NCBI GenBank assembly: GCA_043228905.1
Contig: JBHGNT010000018.1
Coordinates: forward strand, 13,578,001-13,642,000
DNA length: 64,000 nt
Reading direction: 5' to 3'
Source: Azolla caroliniana
Taxonomy: Eukaryota; Plantae; Polypodiophyta
In this document: piece after piece, positions 21,618 through 35,530 of the stretch
Position numbering within the stretch: the first letter of the stretch is position 1
How the letters are laid out: each line of letters begins with the position of its first letter
Program-made: the position numbers and the translations under genes
The notes under the pieces: model-generated
What the model was told of the DNA's origin: nothing
Seen by the model: the letters and a program-made list of their open reading frames with translations, nothing else
The model's database searches: none

Positions 21618-24269
21618 CTCCTTGCCACCCGCCTTCACGTCGGGTTCACCAACTGTGTCGTGCCTTTCGGCTCCGGATCGTTGCGTGAGTCGGGTGGGAA
21701 CCGCCGAGGTTTTGGACTAGGAGGAAGAAAAATACAAATAAGGCTAGTAAAGAATAGGTATAAAGAGTTATAAGATAAGAATCTCGTGAATCCCACGAGT
21801 TTAGTATATTTAGTCAATATTTAGGTAGTAAGAGAGAATTATTTTAGCAAATTCGTGAATCCCACGAATATTTTAGATTGATTGATCATTATAGAAAAAT
21901 AATCAACAAAAACTACAATGTGCTCCCCATCCTTATATAGTGATGGGAGAGACTAAGCATAACTACATGCTTTTTCTAATATGTTCATGCACACTAAATG
22001 TGCATGTGATGCTTTTCTAATCCTTGCTTTTATTTGCTAAATATAGTGCTCATGCACGCTAGATGTGCATGAGTCACTTTTTTGTTGCTTGCGTTTTTCT
22101 ATAAAATATTCACGCACTCTAAAAAATGCACGATTTACCTTTTAATAAAGGTAGGCGCAAATAAAGCACTTATAGTTATTAAATCTATTTATAGAACACT
22201 AAAGATAAGGTAGCATAATGGTAAAGTTAAGGTTTGGCTACGTGGAGGTACAGGGTTCAAATCCTGCCCTATGCACGTGATAAATATCTTGATATATTAT
22301 TTTATTTATTTATATGTAATTAAAGCGGTTATATTATTTTTACTTTTTCACGTAGTGTACGAAATACACTACGACAGCGTGTTAAGGATGTATTGTTAAG
22401 TAATCGATTAAGGTCTAATAAAGCGTTGTGTCGTAAGTCATTCTGTCGTACCACCCTTTGGTGAAGTGTCTTAAGTGGACACCCTGTGTTAGGCTATTGT
22501 CCGACCCTAGCAATAACACAGTTTTTGGCGACCACGATTCCTGCACAATCGCAGTGAACATCGGCAGGAATGGATGACTAGGCCAATAGACGACCCGGTT
22601 ACGGAGACAGCACCAAGACTTGCTGAACAGAGAAGGCGGCGAGAGGCTTTCCAGCAAGCAGCGGAAGAAATCCGAACGGATCGATCATTTTCCAAAGTGA
22701 TCCGGAAAGTGGCGGAGGAGTCGCTCCGTTTGCAACAAAACGCCTACCCGGACGAAGCAAGCAGCTTAAGCAGTCTCCGGGAAGCGGAAACCCTTCTGTA
22801 GGCCTTGGCCAGAAGAGACGGCGAATCTGAAGCATTTTCAGCGTTGGAATCGGATTCGGAAGGGGGTTACAACGCGCACACGAACTATCGAAGCAATAAC
22901 GACACCCCAGGAGGACCGGAGGACGAGTCGGATACCTTACTGACACCGGAACCAGAGTTGGCAGACTGGGAACCTCCGGCACTAAACGTGGAGCAACCTT
23001 CGGAGACAGAAGAAGACCGGCCAAAACCTCCAACACCGGAAGTCGAGCCGGCAACACCAAAGGAAGACCGGCAAAGAACTCTGACGCCGACGGAACAATA
23101 GGAAAGACCACCGACACCGCCAGCCCGTGTACCGACACCAGACAACAACATGTCGTTCCAGTACTCCAAGTATAGGGATGATCCGGACGCGGAGGCCCAT
23201 GTTCACGCGTTTCAACAAACATGGGAGGCGAACCATGTGTCACAACAGTTAACCGCGGCAGAAGAGGAATGATCTAAGATAGCCGAATTCGGCATGACAT
23301 TGGAAGGAGCGGCCGCCAGATGGCACTGGACGCAGGATTGCAGCACCATCACCACCTTTGCGGACCTGAAAGATAAATTCTTGCACTTCTTTCAGAAGGA
23401 GGTGGACCAGAGAGAAATGGTGGGCCTATTTTATACCATCCGGCAAGACCCCGGGGAGAGCATTCCGCAGTTTGTCATCCGGTTTCAATGGATGCACACT
23501 CAGCTTACCCGCGCACCTTCGGAGGAAGAAACACAAGCTATATTTTTAGTCGTGTTCACGATTATCAGCTGCCTACGAGGGCAGTTGCAGCACTCCAACG
23601 ACGTTGTCATTGCCCACTTCCACTTTTGGTAGAAATGGAGGAACACACCAATGGTGACACAAGGAGGAAACGGCCTGAGGTGGAACTACCACCCCCCACG
23701 CTAGTTGTTTCCTACTCATGCTGGTGCCACTAGGTTATAGCTCTAGATACCTACTTACATTAAGTAGAAAGTAAGAGAGGATATGTACGCAGTATCATAT
23801 TCTTGAACCTAGTTGGGCCAAAATCTGCTACACTCCCATCTACTCTTGAATCAGTCGAGCCGAAATCATCTCCACGTTGTGCATTTGCCATTTGGAGCTC
23901 AACCTTGGATTTCCGTGTGGAGGTATATCGTTTTCTTCGCTTTTTCTTCACTACTTGCTCTTCTACTTAGGTGTTTGCAATGGTCTTCATCATCACCAAG
24001 CTCGTTATGCGTGGACGGTTTCGTGAAGGAATTCGACTAGCTTGCTTACCTGTTGTTAGAAGGGAGCATGAGCACGAGGAAGCCCGAGGACACTACTCCA
24101 ACACCAAAGCATTGATTTGATAACTCTACGTCAAATCTTTTTCCCCATCATTCATGAAGCAGAGTTCTGTATCATGGAATTTCTCGTATAACCTTTCTAT
24201 AAAAATCTCTTAACTAATGGGAAAGTATGTCATTTTTAGGAAAAAAAATGTTCACAAAACTACAAGTTT

Positions 24270-24441
24270 TGACTTTTGAAACTTGTTAAATATTAATAAT
24301 TTAGCAAATTCTATATGGGTTGAAAAACATGTGATACTTACTGGTGTATCATGTTTCAATATATTACCTAAAATTGCACAATTATAAAAGGAATCTAAAA
24401 GTGGAATGTGTGATCCTTCCACCGGTAAACGCAAACGTGTT
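24270..24441 (-). mobile_element. Isolated left end (TIR plus subterminal region) of the DNA transposon family at 2898
   Basis: The reverse complement aligns with ~2898-3060. Confidence 0.75.
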
Positions 24442-25185
24442 TATCACTCTAGTTGTAATTACTAGAAAAGTTGTAACCTATTCTATGTAACCTATTTTTG
24501 TAATTAATGAAACTTATTAATAAAAAAATGTTTGGTCCAAACTTCATTATTTGACATATGTAACATTTTCCTTGGGGGGGAGTAGGAGAGTATGAGAGTG
24601 GAAGAGAACTTAGAGTGCAAGTTTCAAAGAGTAGGAGAGAACTTAAAGCGTGAGTTTTAGAGAGAGAGAGAGAGAGAATGTAAGAATGAGCTCAAAACAA
24701 GAGAGATAGAAGATCACAACTTACAAGAGTGGGAGAAAGAGAGAGGGAGGGAGGGAGAGCACCGAATCACAATAGAACATTAGAAAGGATCAAAACAATA
24801 GTCTTCCATATTTATAGTTTTGTTAGCCCTCACAGGATGTCACTATGTGATGCCCGTTTATAAACATTATGCTTAATAACACGTCGCACAACGATGGTAT
24901 ACTAAAGTGACGCAAGTTAGTGATAGGCATAGGGGCTTGTTTTCATGTCTTTGTTATATAGATAGATAGATTCCATTATCGTCTTCGTCGTCAAACCACC
25001 AGATTAAATGCATAAATAGAGACCAAACTCCCCACATCAACATACTCTAGGTTTTTTCGATGGTTATTTCTTGGAAAATATATGCATATCCTTGCATTAC
25101 ATCAATATGTGACTCAAAGTTCCAATGTGGGAATTAAAAAGCCAAAACCACCCACATGGGCACAATAATTGCATTTCATTCATTT

Positions 25186-25187
<2 letters not shown>

Positions 25188-25217
<30 letters not shown>
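25188..25217. repeat. (GT)15 microsatellite
   Basis: Seen directly in the sequence. Confidence 0.95.
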
Positions 25218-25219
<2 letters not shown>

Positions 25220-25299
25220 CAATGTCTCTCAGTAGACAACATGGCCCCCATAAACATTTTATAAAACATCTTAGTGTTACCAAAAGTATCTTGATGATC

Positions 25300-28200
25300 T
25301 TAAAACTTATCTAATGCTTCTAGAGGAGTATTGGCACGAGAACATTTCTAAAATATTGTTTATTGAGCATAGTTCAAACATTATCGTTTTCTGTTAGAAT
25401 GATTGCTTAAAATTTGCCAACTCATATGACAAACACACCATAATGGCTCACATCAATGAATAGGCCTAGAGATTCTCCTCATTGGAGATGAAACAAGCTA
25501 GTTGCTCTCTTATTATCCTTGTTGTGACATATTCACATGTTCTCAGATATGTTATACATTTCACCTTGGTTGCATTTTCAATATTCTCAGGGAGCTCTTT
25601 TTCATTTGTCTCATATGTGCATGACATCCATTAAGTAGGAAGACCGCATGGTGAATTGTCCATGGTCATCAAGCCTTATTCAAGTTATAAGATGGAAATG
25701 ACCGAAGAATGTTTTACTTGTCTTTGTTTGATGCAAGTCTTTGTTTGATGCTCCATCTCAATTTTGATAGAACCAAAATCACATTCAAACTTGGACTATA
25801 ATTGCCTTCTCGAAAAACTTGAAGACAAAGTTAAGCTTTTACTTCATTATAAACATACTTTGAAGGACCATAACAAACCCCTAGCTTATATGCCTAATCA
25901 ATTAGAACTTATTAGGAACAAAAGACACTTGTTTGAAACGATTATAAGTGATTGAGTCTTTCCATATGTATATATAAAAGAAGGGTCACACATAAGAGGA
26001 ATGCAACGAGCTCTAGCAAAAGGTTGCATCTATTTCAACTCTTTTTGAGACATCTTTTTTCATGAATTCATGTTCCCTAGGAACAAATATTATTTGGTAT
26101 TCTTATTGAAGTTTTGAAATGTTTACCTAGATATTTACAAACTAGGCCAATGCCAACATGTAATGTTGACCATAATCTTGATCTCGTATATGGTGTTGCA
26201 TCAATTTCTATTTCCTTGTTTTGACTTGGACAATCCAAAGAAGATTAGTTGATCCTCAACTCAAGGATTCGTTAAGAATGAGAGACATTCGTTGGATTAT
26301 GGCATTCTAGGGTGCAACTCTCATCCTTTGAATAACATTATGTTGTACCATCCAATTAGCATTCTATGGCAGTAAAGTTTCGAAATGCTACTTAGTTGGG
26401 CATTTGGATGAGAGGTACAAATTGATCTTTCTCAAATAGAGAATGTGTAATTTTAGCCTATCCCGAAAAACTTTGTTCATTCCTTGGTTATGTTGATTTA
26501 TTGCACAAATCTATTCATAATAACTCACATTTATTGAGGTTGTGTAATAACATCCTATAATGTCAAACGTGAAAGTCAACAAGGCAATAGCTTGGAATTA
26601 TTTTATAGATAAATCCTTAAACACGCTACATCTAACTTATCTTACTCATTTGAGAAATAGGGAGACTATATGGAAATCATTTTCAAGTAACTACAGACTA
26701 TGTGGTCCTTCACATATATTTGTGACCAACGAGAGCTCATGGATTGTATGGCACAATGGGTGAAGCTCATACGATACTTCTATTATCCATTAGATAGCTT
26801 AAAACAATTTCTCAAGAGTCAATACATTCGTTAATGCCTTAAGTTGTATTCATGATGTTCACATGATAAAATTCATTAATAGTCCAATCATTATGATCAC
26901 CTTCAAGGAAAGTACCTTCATTACAATTTCCTTTAAAATCTTGGGCAAGAGGTGAATCTAGTGTAGATGTTATAATGCATTGCATCCCCTAAGGGAACCT
27001 TCTACTTTGCAAACGGTCTTCTCAACTGCATTAGAAAGGTTTATATTCCAATTTTGTATAAAGTCAAAATGGGAATTCTTTTTTGGAATGCATGATGCAC
27101 CCTCACTAAGGCATCTTCAAATACGGCATATTCATTTCTTTTTGCCTATGAGACATCCTAGTATCAATGATTATGTGACTAACTAAATGTCACCATAGTT
27201 AGGTTACCAACATATATAATAGAGATTTCTAGTTTATTAGTGAATTGGATAAAGTCTATTATGGAACTAGAAACTACCTTGAACATATGCTCTATAGACA
27301 AACCTCAACCTGATGAGCCAATTGAACAAGTTATCAAATCAATGAGGTTATGCTTCGAGCTTATGGGGAACAATAACTTCCTATTGGAGATTTCTCCAAA
27401 CACAACTCTTTATGGACGATAAAAATTCTAATAGGATATAGTCCTTTCCTTTGATATTGATGTATTATTTTGGCTACAAACTTAAGCGATGATTTTTTTT
27501 AAAGATAGGCCTTGGTATTATAAGATCTCAAGGAACAAGTACAGAAGTTGGAGAAACAAACATAAGATATGCCTCAATCGATGTTAACATTCATTTTGTT
27601 GAGTTATACACATCATAACCTATCAAAGAGATATACAAACATATGTTGCATATTGCACAAGACAAGTTACGATTGCTAAAGACAAAGATCGATTTTATAC
27701 TGACTACCATTGGCAACCTCATGTATTTATATATCTAAGAGATATACAAACATATGTTGCATATTGCAAGAGGCATGTTACGATTGCTAAAGACAAAGAT
27801 CAATTTTATGCTAATTACCATTGGCAACCTCATGCTTTACCTAGGTCGAGACTATGTCAGTGTGGCTATGGCTCTTGTTTAGCTAAGCACATGTGTTACT
27901 CGCAGAACCCAAGATAAAACCTATGTCAACACTCAATGGTATAGGACATCAAGGAGATTCAAATCCATCTCACATCATCGTGAGGGAGTGGTCGAGGTGT
28001 CCCGCATCCTCTTTTGTTTTCTTTGGTATATCTTTTCTTATATTATAGCTAATTATTAATTTGCCTCTAACAACTACACACTCTGAACCACTAGTCAAAA
28101 AATGAATTTATTTACTAACCCCTAAGTATTTCCCTCACAATAGCTTGATGCAAGGAATCACCTCATAAAGGCTCTCCACTAGAGGATGCTCATTCTCTCA

Positions 28201-28460
28201 TGTAACCCACGAAACTATTTTTTCATGAAGGTTAGAGTGTAGTTGCATTATCAAAAATCGAATCTTTCAATTCATCCCAAAATATTTCCCTTGTAATATC
28301 AATGCAAAAAAATTCATCTCGAGGTTGTCTACAAGAGTACACACTCAATTCTCTCATCAAATCTATAGAGCCATTTCTCTAATGAAAGCCCATGCATACC
28401 TCCTTGACACCTAACCCACCTATTTCTCAAGCCTAAGCTTGTCGTCGAACTTATGGTTCA
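25300..28460 (-). pseudogene. Heavily decayed L1-like LINE ORF2 remnants
   Basis: Faint minus-strand motifs only: GGLGVKE..EKWLYR (~28360-28420), IHLLPK (~26950), GQFTMRSSY (zf-RVT-like, ~25640-25670). Confidence 0.4.
27627..27834. repeat. Tandem duplication of ~97 bp (period ~111)
   Basis: AGAGATATACAAACATATG..GGCAACCTCATG occurs twice. Confidence 0.85.
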
Positions 28461-28689
28461 CATTGATCTTTCTATTTGTTGCCAAAACATTTACACGCAT
28501 TTCAACAAACTATAAAGCCCCCCCTCCCCCCAAACTATTCATGAAAAGGAAAAACTTAGAACACACACAACCACAAATGTAAATACACATTTGCACTTGA
28601 GAACTGTAAAGAATCGGATATGATTCTTGTGCAGTGGAAGAGGTTAGAGATGTGTGTTATGTGTATGTGTGAGAGGAAAGAGATACAAG

Positions 28690-29673
28690 AAGAAGATCGA
28701 CTCGAACACATGTTTGAAGAAAGCCCGATTATGACAAGGCTTAGTGGGCCACAAGAGCCTCCGAGCGATCAAAGCATATCTCGACCGAGTTCGAAGCTGG
28801 ACAAAGGGAAGGAAGCCGATTCGGCTATGATGAGTATATGGCATACCTGATGAAGGTAGCGACTGTAGGAGAGTCGGAAAAGTTTTCCGAAGTCGCGAAG
28901 GACCCCAGATGGGTTGAAGCAATGAATGAGGAGATGAAAGCACTCTCCAAAACCGAGACATGGGATCTCGTTCCCCACTCACTGCAAAAGAAGGCAATCG
29001 GCTGCAGATGGATTTATAAGGTGAAGTATAATGTCGATTGCTCCGTCAACCACTACAAAGCTTGACTCATGGGCAGTATTTATCTAGCTCGGAACCCGGT
29101 GTTCCATGCACACACAAAGCATATCGAAGTGCACTATCACTTCATTCGAGAGCGCGTTCAAGCCGGAGATGTCAACCTTCAACACAAATCTTCAAATGAC
29201 CGACATCTTCACCAAAGCCCTAGGAGCCAACAAGCTTTGGCAATTCATGTTAGACCTTGGATTGACGATCCCTGACTTGTCAAGCTTGAGGGGGAGTACA
29301 AGAGAGAACCGGATACCGTTCGAACCAGGTACGAGTCGAAGCGGACACCGGAGATCGTCCGAAGAGGACATCAACCGAAAGGAACCAACCCGAGTTGAGC
29401 TTGAGGGGGGCGTGTTGAGAATAAAGCTCAACATAGTGCAACGTGTGAACTCACCATTTGAGAATCTATGATCACTGAAAGGTCAAGAGTCAGACCACTA
29501 CTCTCCACACATTAACTATGTGTCATAGAATCATATTCTATGACACATAACTGATAAGTTCCATATTCCCCATGACCATGAGTCTTCACATTCCCCAAGA
29601 GAGAGTAGTTGTAGTGTTAGTGAAGAGAGAGGGTAACCTTATATAAAGCACCCTTCTCCTACTTCATACTAAG
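28690..29673 (+). mobile_element. Internally deleted copia 3' end (RT start fused to RNase H end, PPT, partial 3' LTR from 29413)
   Basis: WVEAMNEEM..WDLVP..CRWIYKVK joined to NPVFHAHTKHIEVHYHF. GAGGGGGGCG-TGTTG junction. Confidence 0.8.
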
Positions 29674-30310
29674 TGTGAATGTTAACGTGCGGAAGCGTTA
29701 GACAAAACTGGCTTCTCCGGATAGCAGCAGAGAATAAGATGAAGGTTTAATGGAGAAGCTTAATACACAGAGAGTATATGCGGGAGAGACAGAGAGAGCA
29801 GAACGTAAACGTAGATTCAAAAATATAAAAACACTCTGTACATACAATGTGCTATAACAACACTATTTATAAAAGTCCATAAAAGGACTATCAGAAGTAC
29901 CGCGTACTTCAATATTCCTATGTGCGACTTACACTAACTACAAGACAATACTTACCTAGTAGTCTAGGGTACTACTACGCTTCCGGTTCCCACTCAAATC
30001 CGGCTCTCCGATGCATCTCCCCGATCCAGCCGGTTGTATCCGAATACCATCCGCATACTGATCCGGCTAAGGCTTATTCAGCCAATCCGGATCCAGTTGA
30101 GCTTGCTCGCTCAACACTCCCTCTCAAACTCAACTTGAGGTCGGATCATGGTGTTAGTGTTTGTGGCAGTCGGTTCTTCTACCCAGCTCCTTCTGGCGTC
30201 ACTACGCCTTCCTCGCGCTCCTCATCCGGTCCGGTGCTATGCACCTCAACCTCCTTGGTCGGCTTGTTTGCTCAACAGGCCCATTTTAGCTCCTTCGTTG
30301 TTATGACTCC
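29674..30310 (-). mobile_element. Bryco-like 3' LTR (29674-30116), PPT and tail
   Basis: Inverted homolog of 30311-30760. PPT GAGAGGGAG on the minus strand at 30117-30125. Confidence 0.85.
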
Positions 30311-33300
30311 TATTGAGCGAGCAAGCTCAACCGGATCCAGATCCGGATCGACTGAATAAGCCTGAGCCGGATCGGCATTTAGAAGGATGAGCCGGATCGG
30401 TATCCGGAAACAACCATCCGGATCGAAGGGCTAGATTTGAGCGGGAACCAGAAGCCTAGTAGTAGCTTAGACTACTAGGTAATCATTGTCTCGTAGTTAG
30501 TGTCAATCGCACGTGGGAATATTGAAGTACTTGTTAGTACTTCTGTGAGTTCTTTATGGACTTGTATAAATAGTGTTGTTTAGCACGTTGTATGTACAGA
30601 GTTGGAGAGTTATTTTGAATAAATGTTTTACATTCTGCTCTCTCTATCTCCCCTATGTATACTCTCTCTGTGTATTAAGCTTTTCCATTAAACCTCTTAT
30701 TCTCTGTTGCTATCCGGCTAAGTCGGTTCTGTCTAATGCTTCCACACATTTACATTCACATAGTATCAAAGTGCGAGGGTTGAGAACCTCTGTAGCCGAC
30801 AGACGCTTTGGAAGACAAACCCTAATACCCGATAACCACAGATAAAGAGAAGATATGGATAGAGGAATGGTGAGTTCACTTCCAATAGAGAAGCTCGACC
30901 GGAGCAACTACGCATCCTGGTCATATAAAATGCACCAGTACCTGTTGGGGCATGGATATTGGAGCTTCGTGGAACGAACGAACGAGGTAGCGCCGAAGCC
31001 GACACACAATGACTTTCCGGTTTGGGAGCAAGGAGCGAGCCGAGTATTGTACTACTTCGCGTCTTGTGTGCACAATCAGATGCTTGGCTACATCAAGGAT
31101 GCAAAGACGCCGAAGGAGGCCTAGGGAAATCTGAGGAAGATTTTTGCCGTGATTACCACTGCCTGTAAGTTGCAGCTCCGGCAAGAGCTGAACAACATCC
31201 GGCAAAGCGACATGTCAACTATGGATTACACCACCAAGATAAAGGAGATTTGTGACGCACTCGGATCCATCAACGTGATGGTGGACGAAGACGAGATGGT
31301 ACAAATCTGCCTCGATGGTCTAGCACAAAGGTACGGGCCAATCCAAATAGCAATCTACACCTGGGAGAAACCATTGTCTTTCTTTGACTTGCAATTGATG
31401 CTAATGGTCGAAGAAAACCACGCGAGTGGGTCAAGAACCACTCAATCGGACAGCCAGATGTTGTACACGAACACATATCGGCCCCATGGACGTGGTGGAC
31501 AAGGTGGGTCGGCATGCAATGGAGGCGGCTTGCAAGAGGAGGTGCCAATAGCAGTTCTGGACCCTCCACAAGCAGGGGGAGTCAAAGCGGCGCCGAGATC
31601 TAGCAAGGAAAGGCCGACACGGAATGCTGGTACTGTGGCAAAAAGGATCATGGGGAAAGAGAGTGTTGGAAGAAGTGCGCTGATTCGGACAAATCCGGAT
31701 CCGGCAAAACTAGTCGGGAGAACCGGCAAAGCTCAAACTACACGGAAGGATCCGAAGGATCCGAAACTGGGAAAACCGGTAAAGCACCAGCCTTCGTGAT
31801 GAAACACAAGGCTAACTCAATGAAGAAGACTACTTCCAAATCAGAGGAAGTATGGTACGTTGATTCCGGAGCGTCCAACCACATGAAGAGCCATAAAGAG
31901 TGGTTCTCCTTTTTGGAGAATCCGGAACACCCGGGGATTGTCGTAACCGGAAACGACACCCCTCACCCGATTGTGCATGTCGGAGAAGTCCCTTTAAGCC
32001 ATGTCAGACAAAAGAGGAAGCTGATGAACGTACTACACGTTCCGACTATCACAAAGAACCTGGTGTCAGTTGGACAAATCATCGACCAGGGGATGCAGGT
32101 GCAGTTTACACACCTAAGGTGCTTCATCGAGGAAGAAGGTTGGATACTTGCGCAAGGGCACAGAGAAGGGAGGATGTTCATCCTTAACACCAATGACGTT
32201 GGCACTGCCATGTTTGCCAAAGGGCAGAAGGTCAAGTCGGACATCAACTTGTGGCACAAGCGGATTGGCCACGTCAACTACCGGAGGCTTCAGGACCTGC
32301 AATCGAAACAGGTTGTCTTCGGTTTGCCAAAATTTAACGGTCGGAAGGCGGAAATTTATGAAGCCTGCCAACTCGGGAAGCAACACCGGCTTCCATTCCC
32401 CACCGATCAAAATCAAAGCCATAACAAGCTCGATTTAATCCATTCGGATGTATGGGGATCGGTACAAAACGTTAGTCTTGGTGGGAGTTGGTATTTCATC
32501 GACGACTACAGTTGGCACACGTGGATCTACCTCATCGAGAGGAAGAGCAAAGTCTTCAAGTGTTTCCGGAACCTTCAAAGCTTGGTTGAATGGGAAACGG
32601 AGAGGAAGATCAAGTGGCTGCAGTCGGATGGCGGGAAAGAATACTTTTCTGACCAATTCAACAGTTATCTCCAGCAGAATGGAATTCTGAGAGAATTCAG
32701 CTATAGGTACACACTGGAGCAAAACTGTGTGGCCGAAAGGAAGAACCGGTCGATTGTCGACGCGGCAAGGGCAATGCTGGAGGAGAAGAGCATGCCCCAT
32801 TTCTACTGGGTTGAGGTGGTCCGGACGGCCATCTACATTTAACCGGATCGGTGACAAGGTGTCAGCACACGAGCTTAAATTCGGGCACAAGCCGAATTTG
32901 AGACACCTTCGGATATTCAGTAGCATAGCATATGTGCATGTACCGGATGAGATGTGGAAAAAGCTAGATCCGAAGTCGGAGAAGTGCATCCTAGTCGGCT
33001 ACTCGCATGAGCAGAAGGGGTATAAGTGCTATAACCCTCAGACTAAGCAGCTCCGAGTAAGCCGAGATGTCGAGTTTGATGAGACGACATCATGGTACTC
33101 CTTACCGACTCCAACTCCCGACGAAGATCTGATTCTGCAAGATGAGGCTAGTGAGCCCGAGGAGGTCCAGATAGAAGATGATGAGCTGGATACTCTAGAC
33201 GAGAGTCCGAAATCATTCCGGCTAAGTGGACCGAATCAGCGGTTGAGTCGGGATGACCAGTCGGGATGACCAGTCGGATAAGGAACCGGCGAGTAGTGGA

Positions 33301-35530
33301 GACTCTGTTGTGCTCTCCCTGCACAAGGAACCGAGGAGACGGTTCACACGGAAAGAGAAGGGGAAGAAGAAGATCCGGAATACGAAACCGGCAATGTTGA
33401 GTCGGATAGGACCAAATCCGACTCTAGAAAGGAAGAAGGTGGATCTTTAGAAAGGAAGTTTGAATCAGCCAAGAAGAGCCTCAAACCGGGCAACGACAAG
33501 TTACGCCGGTCATCCCGCCAGAAAAACCCCGTTACGCGGTACGGGTACAATGAGTACATGGCGCATCACTATGCGTACATGACCAAAGTGGTGGAAGTGC
33601 GTGAGCCGAAGAGCTACATAGAAGCGACAAAGGACGCAAATTGGTGTGCCGCTATGGAGGAAGAAATGCGAGCACTCGATGCCAACGACACATGGGACCT
33701 CGTTGACCCTCCCCGACACTGTAAACTGATCGGTTGCAATGGGTGTACAAGGTAAAGTATAATGCCGACAGTGAAGATGACGACGGTTCGTGTGGTACTG
33801 GCGGTTGCTGCGGCAAGGGGGTGGCATCTTCACTAGATGGACGGGAAGAATACGTTTCTTCAAGGTGACCTTGAAGAATAGGTCTATATGATCCAACCTC
33901 CCGGTTTTCAATCGGAGATGAACAAGTCGGCGGTGTGCCGGCTTAAGAAGTCGCTTTACGGTCTGAAACAAGCCCCCCGAGCTTGGAATTCGAAGATTAC
34001 GCACTGGTTACGTAAGATAGGGTTTGTGACCTCTAAATCCGACTCATCGTTGTTCATCTGGCAAGGTTCGGACCATCCGGTTTGCATCTTACTTTATGTT
34101 GATGATTTAGTCATCACCAGATCCGGACTCAATGAAATCGGCCGAGTAAAGTCCCAACTGTCGAACGCATTTGAAATGAAGGACCTAGGGGACCTTCATT
34201 ATTTTCTTGGGATCGAGGTGATCTAAACCCCCGACGGCATATTGCTCTCACAACAACACTATGTGTTGAATATGTTGTACAAGTTCGGCATGACGGAATG
34301 TCGACCTATCTCCACACCCCTGGACCGGAACCAGAAGCTCTGTCCCAACTCCAGGTTAGCCTGCGATGAGAAGCGATTCCGACAAATCGTCGGAAGCCTC
34401 ATATACCTGACAATCACTCGACCCGACCTCAGTTACCCGGTCGGAGTGATCAACCAGTTCATGCAGAAGCCGACCGTCGAGCACCTTCATTGCGCACACC
34501 GGATACTCCGGTATGTTAGCGGCACGAAGGATCAGGGACGTTATACCAACACGGTATAGCTGGGAAGCTAGTCGGATATACTGATGCCGACTGGGCTGGT
34601 AATGCATCATATCGCCGATCCACCTCCGGTTACATGTTATCTCTAGGTAGCACGGATGTTGCGTGGAGTAGCAAAAAGCAACCAACAGTGGCTCTGTTGA
34701 GCACTGAGGTTGAGAACTGGAGCGCTACCAATGCCACATGTGAAACCATCTGAATTCGGCGACTGCTACGTGACCTCCGGATCGAGGTACCGACCCCAAT
34801 CCTGATCTACTGTGACAACATGAGCAACATTCAGCTCGCCAAGAACCCCGTGTTCCATGCTCGGACAAAGCAAATAGAAGTGCATTATCACTTCGTGCAT
34901 GAGTGGGTTTTGAGCGGTGAACTTGAACTTCAGTATGTTCAAACGGATTGGCAAGTTGTCGATATCTTGACTAAACCGCTCGGATCGGCCAAGTTGCAGC
35001 ACTTCACCGAAATGCTTGGTGTTCAGCATCTCGACGTGCCGCACTTGAGGGGGAGGAAAGGAAAGGGAACGGATGGACTGGACAAGGAGCCGGAGAGAAA
35101 GAAAGAACCAAAGGGAAAAAGGAAGCCAAGTCGACAAAGGAAGTTGGCACATCCGAACAAGTCGGAACAAGCGGCATCGGTGGTAGAGTCAGGAAGGACA
35201 AAGTCGACCAAAAGGAGAAGGCCAACACCCAAACATGGTCTGATGTGGTGAATGGCCTGAAACCAGAAGAGGAGTTGGAGAACACCGACTCAAACAAGAG
35301 CCAGAACGAATCGGGAGCGACCGATTCGGACAAGAGCTGGAACAAATCAAAGGAAACCGATTCAGAGAAGCCGAATCAACTAAAGGCCAAATGGACACAG
35401 ACGCAGCGGAAGTCAATGTCAACACAAAGGAACCGATGGGTTGACAAGCGCCGGAGTCGCAGCAGCAAGGGAGCTGAAATGGGCCTGTTGAGCAGACAAT
35501 CCGACCGAGGAGGTTGAGGTGCGCAGAAGG
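30311..35530 (+). mobile_element. Bryco-like copia: 5' LTR 30311-30760, mutated Met PBS, decayed gag-PR-INT-RT-RH; 3' LTR missing
   Basis: EKLDRSNYASWSYKM (gag), WYVDSGASNHM (PR), LWHKRIGH..HSDVWG (INT), LLYVDDL (RT). PBS TAGTATCAAAG at 30761. Confidence 0.9.

Larger units (their letters stand above)
15197..22376 (-). mobile_element. Tandem-array non-autonomous gag-only LTR retroelement (4 LTRs, 3 internal units, period 2153 bp)
   Basis: 721-bp LTRs at 15197-15917, 17350-18070, 19503-20223 and 21656-22376. A single 4-bp TSD GCGT flanks the whole array. Each unit has a PBS and a PPT. No pol. Confidence 0.95.
14874..23555 (+). mobile_element. Truncated non-chromovirus gypsy: 5' LTR (14874-15196 plus 22381-22518), PBS and gag fragment
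   Basis: TGTTA..TAACA termini. PBS TGGCGACCAC at 22526 (tRNA-Arg-like). Gag MSFQYSKYRDDPDAEAHVHAFQQTWEANH is homologous to the gags at 13179 and 50982. Confidence 0.8.

Noticed and set aside
23560-24250. Possible host gene or pol fragment
   Set aside because: Only short ORFs with no reliable motif, so it is left unassigned.
24447-24970. Possible non-autonomous Helitron on the minus strand (TCTATCTATCTATATA start, CTAG near 24447)
   Set aside because: No clear subterminal hairpin, and the 3' boundary is ambiguous.
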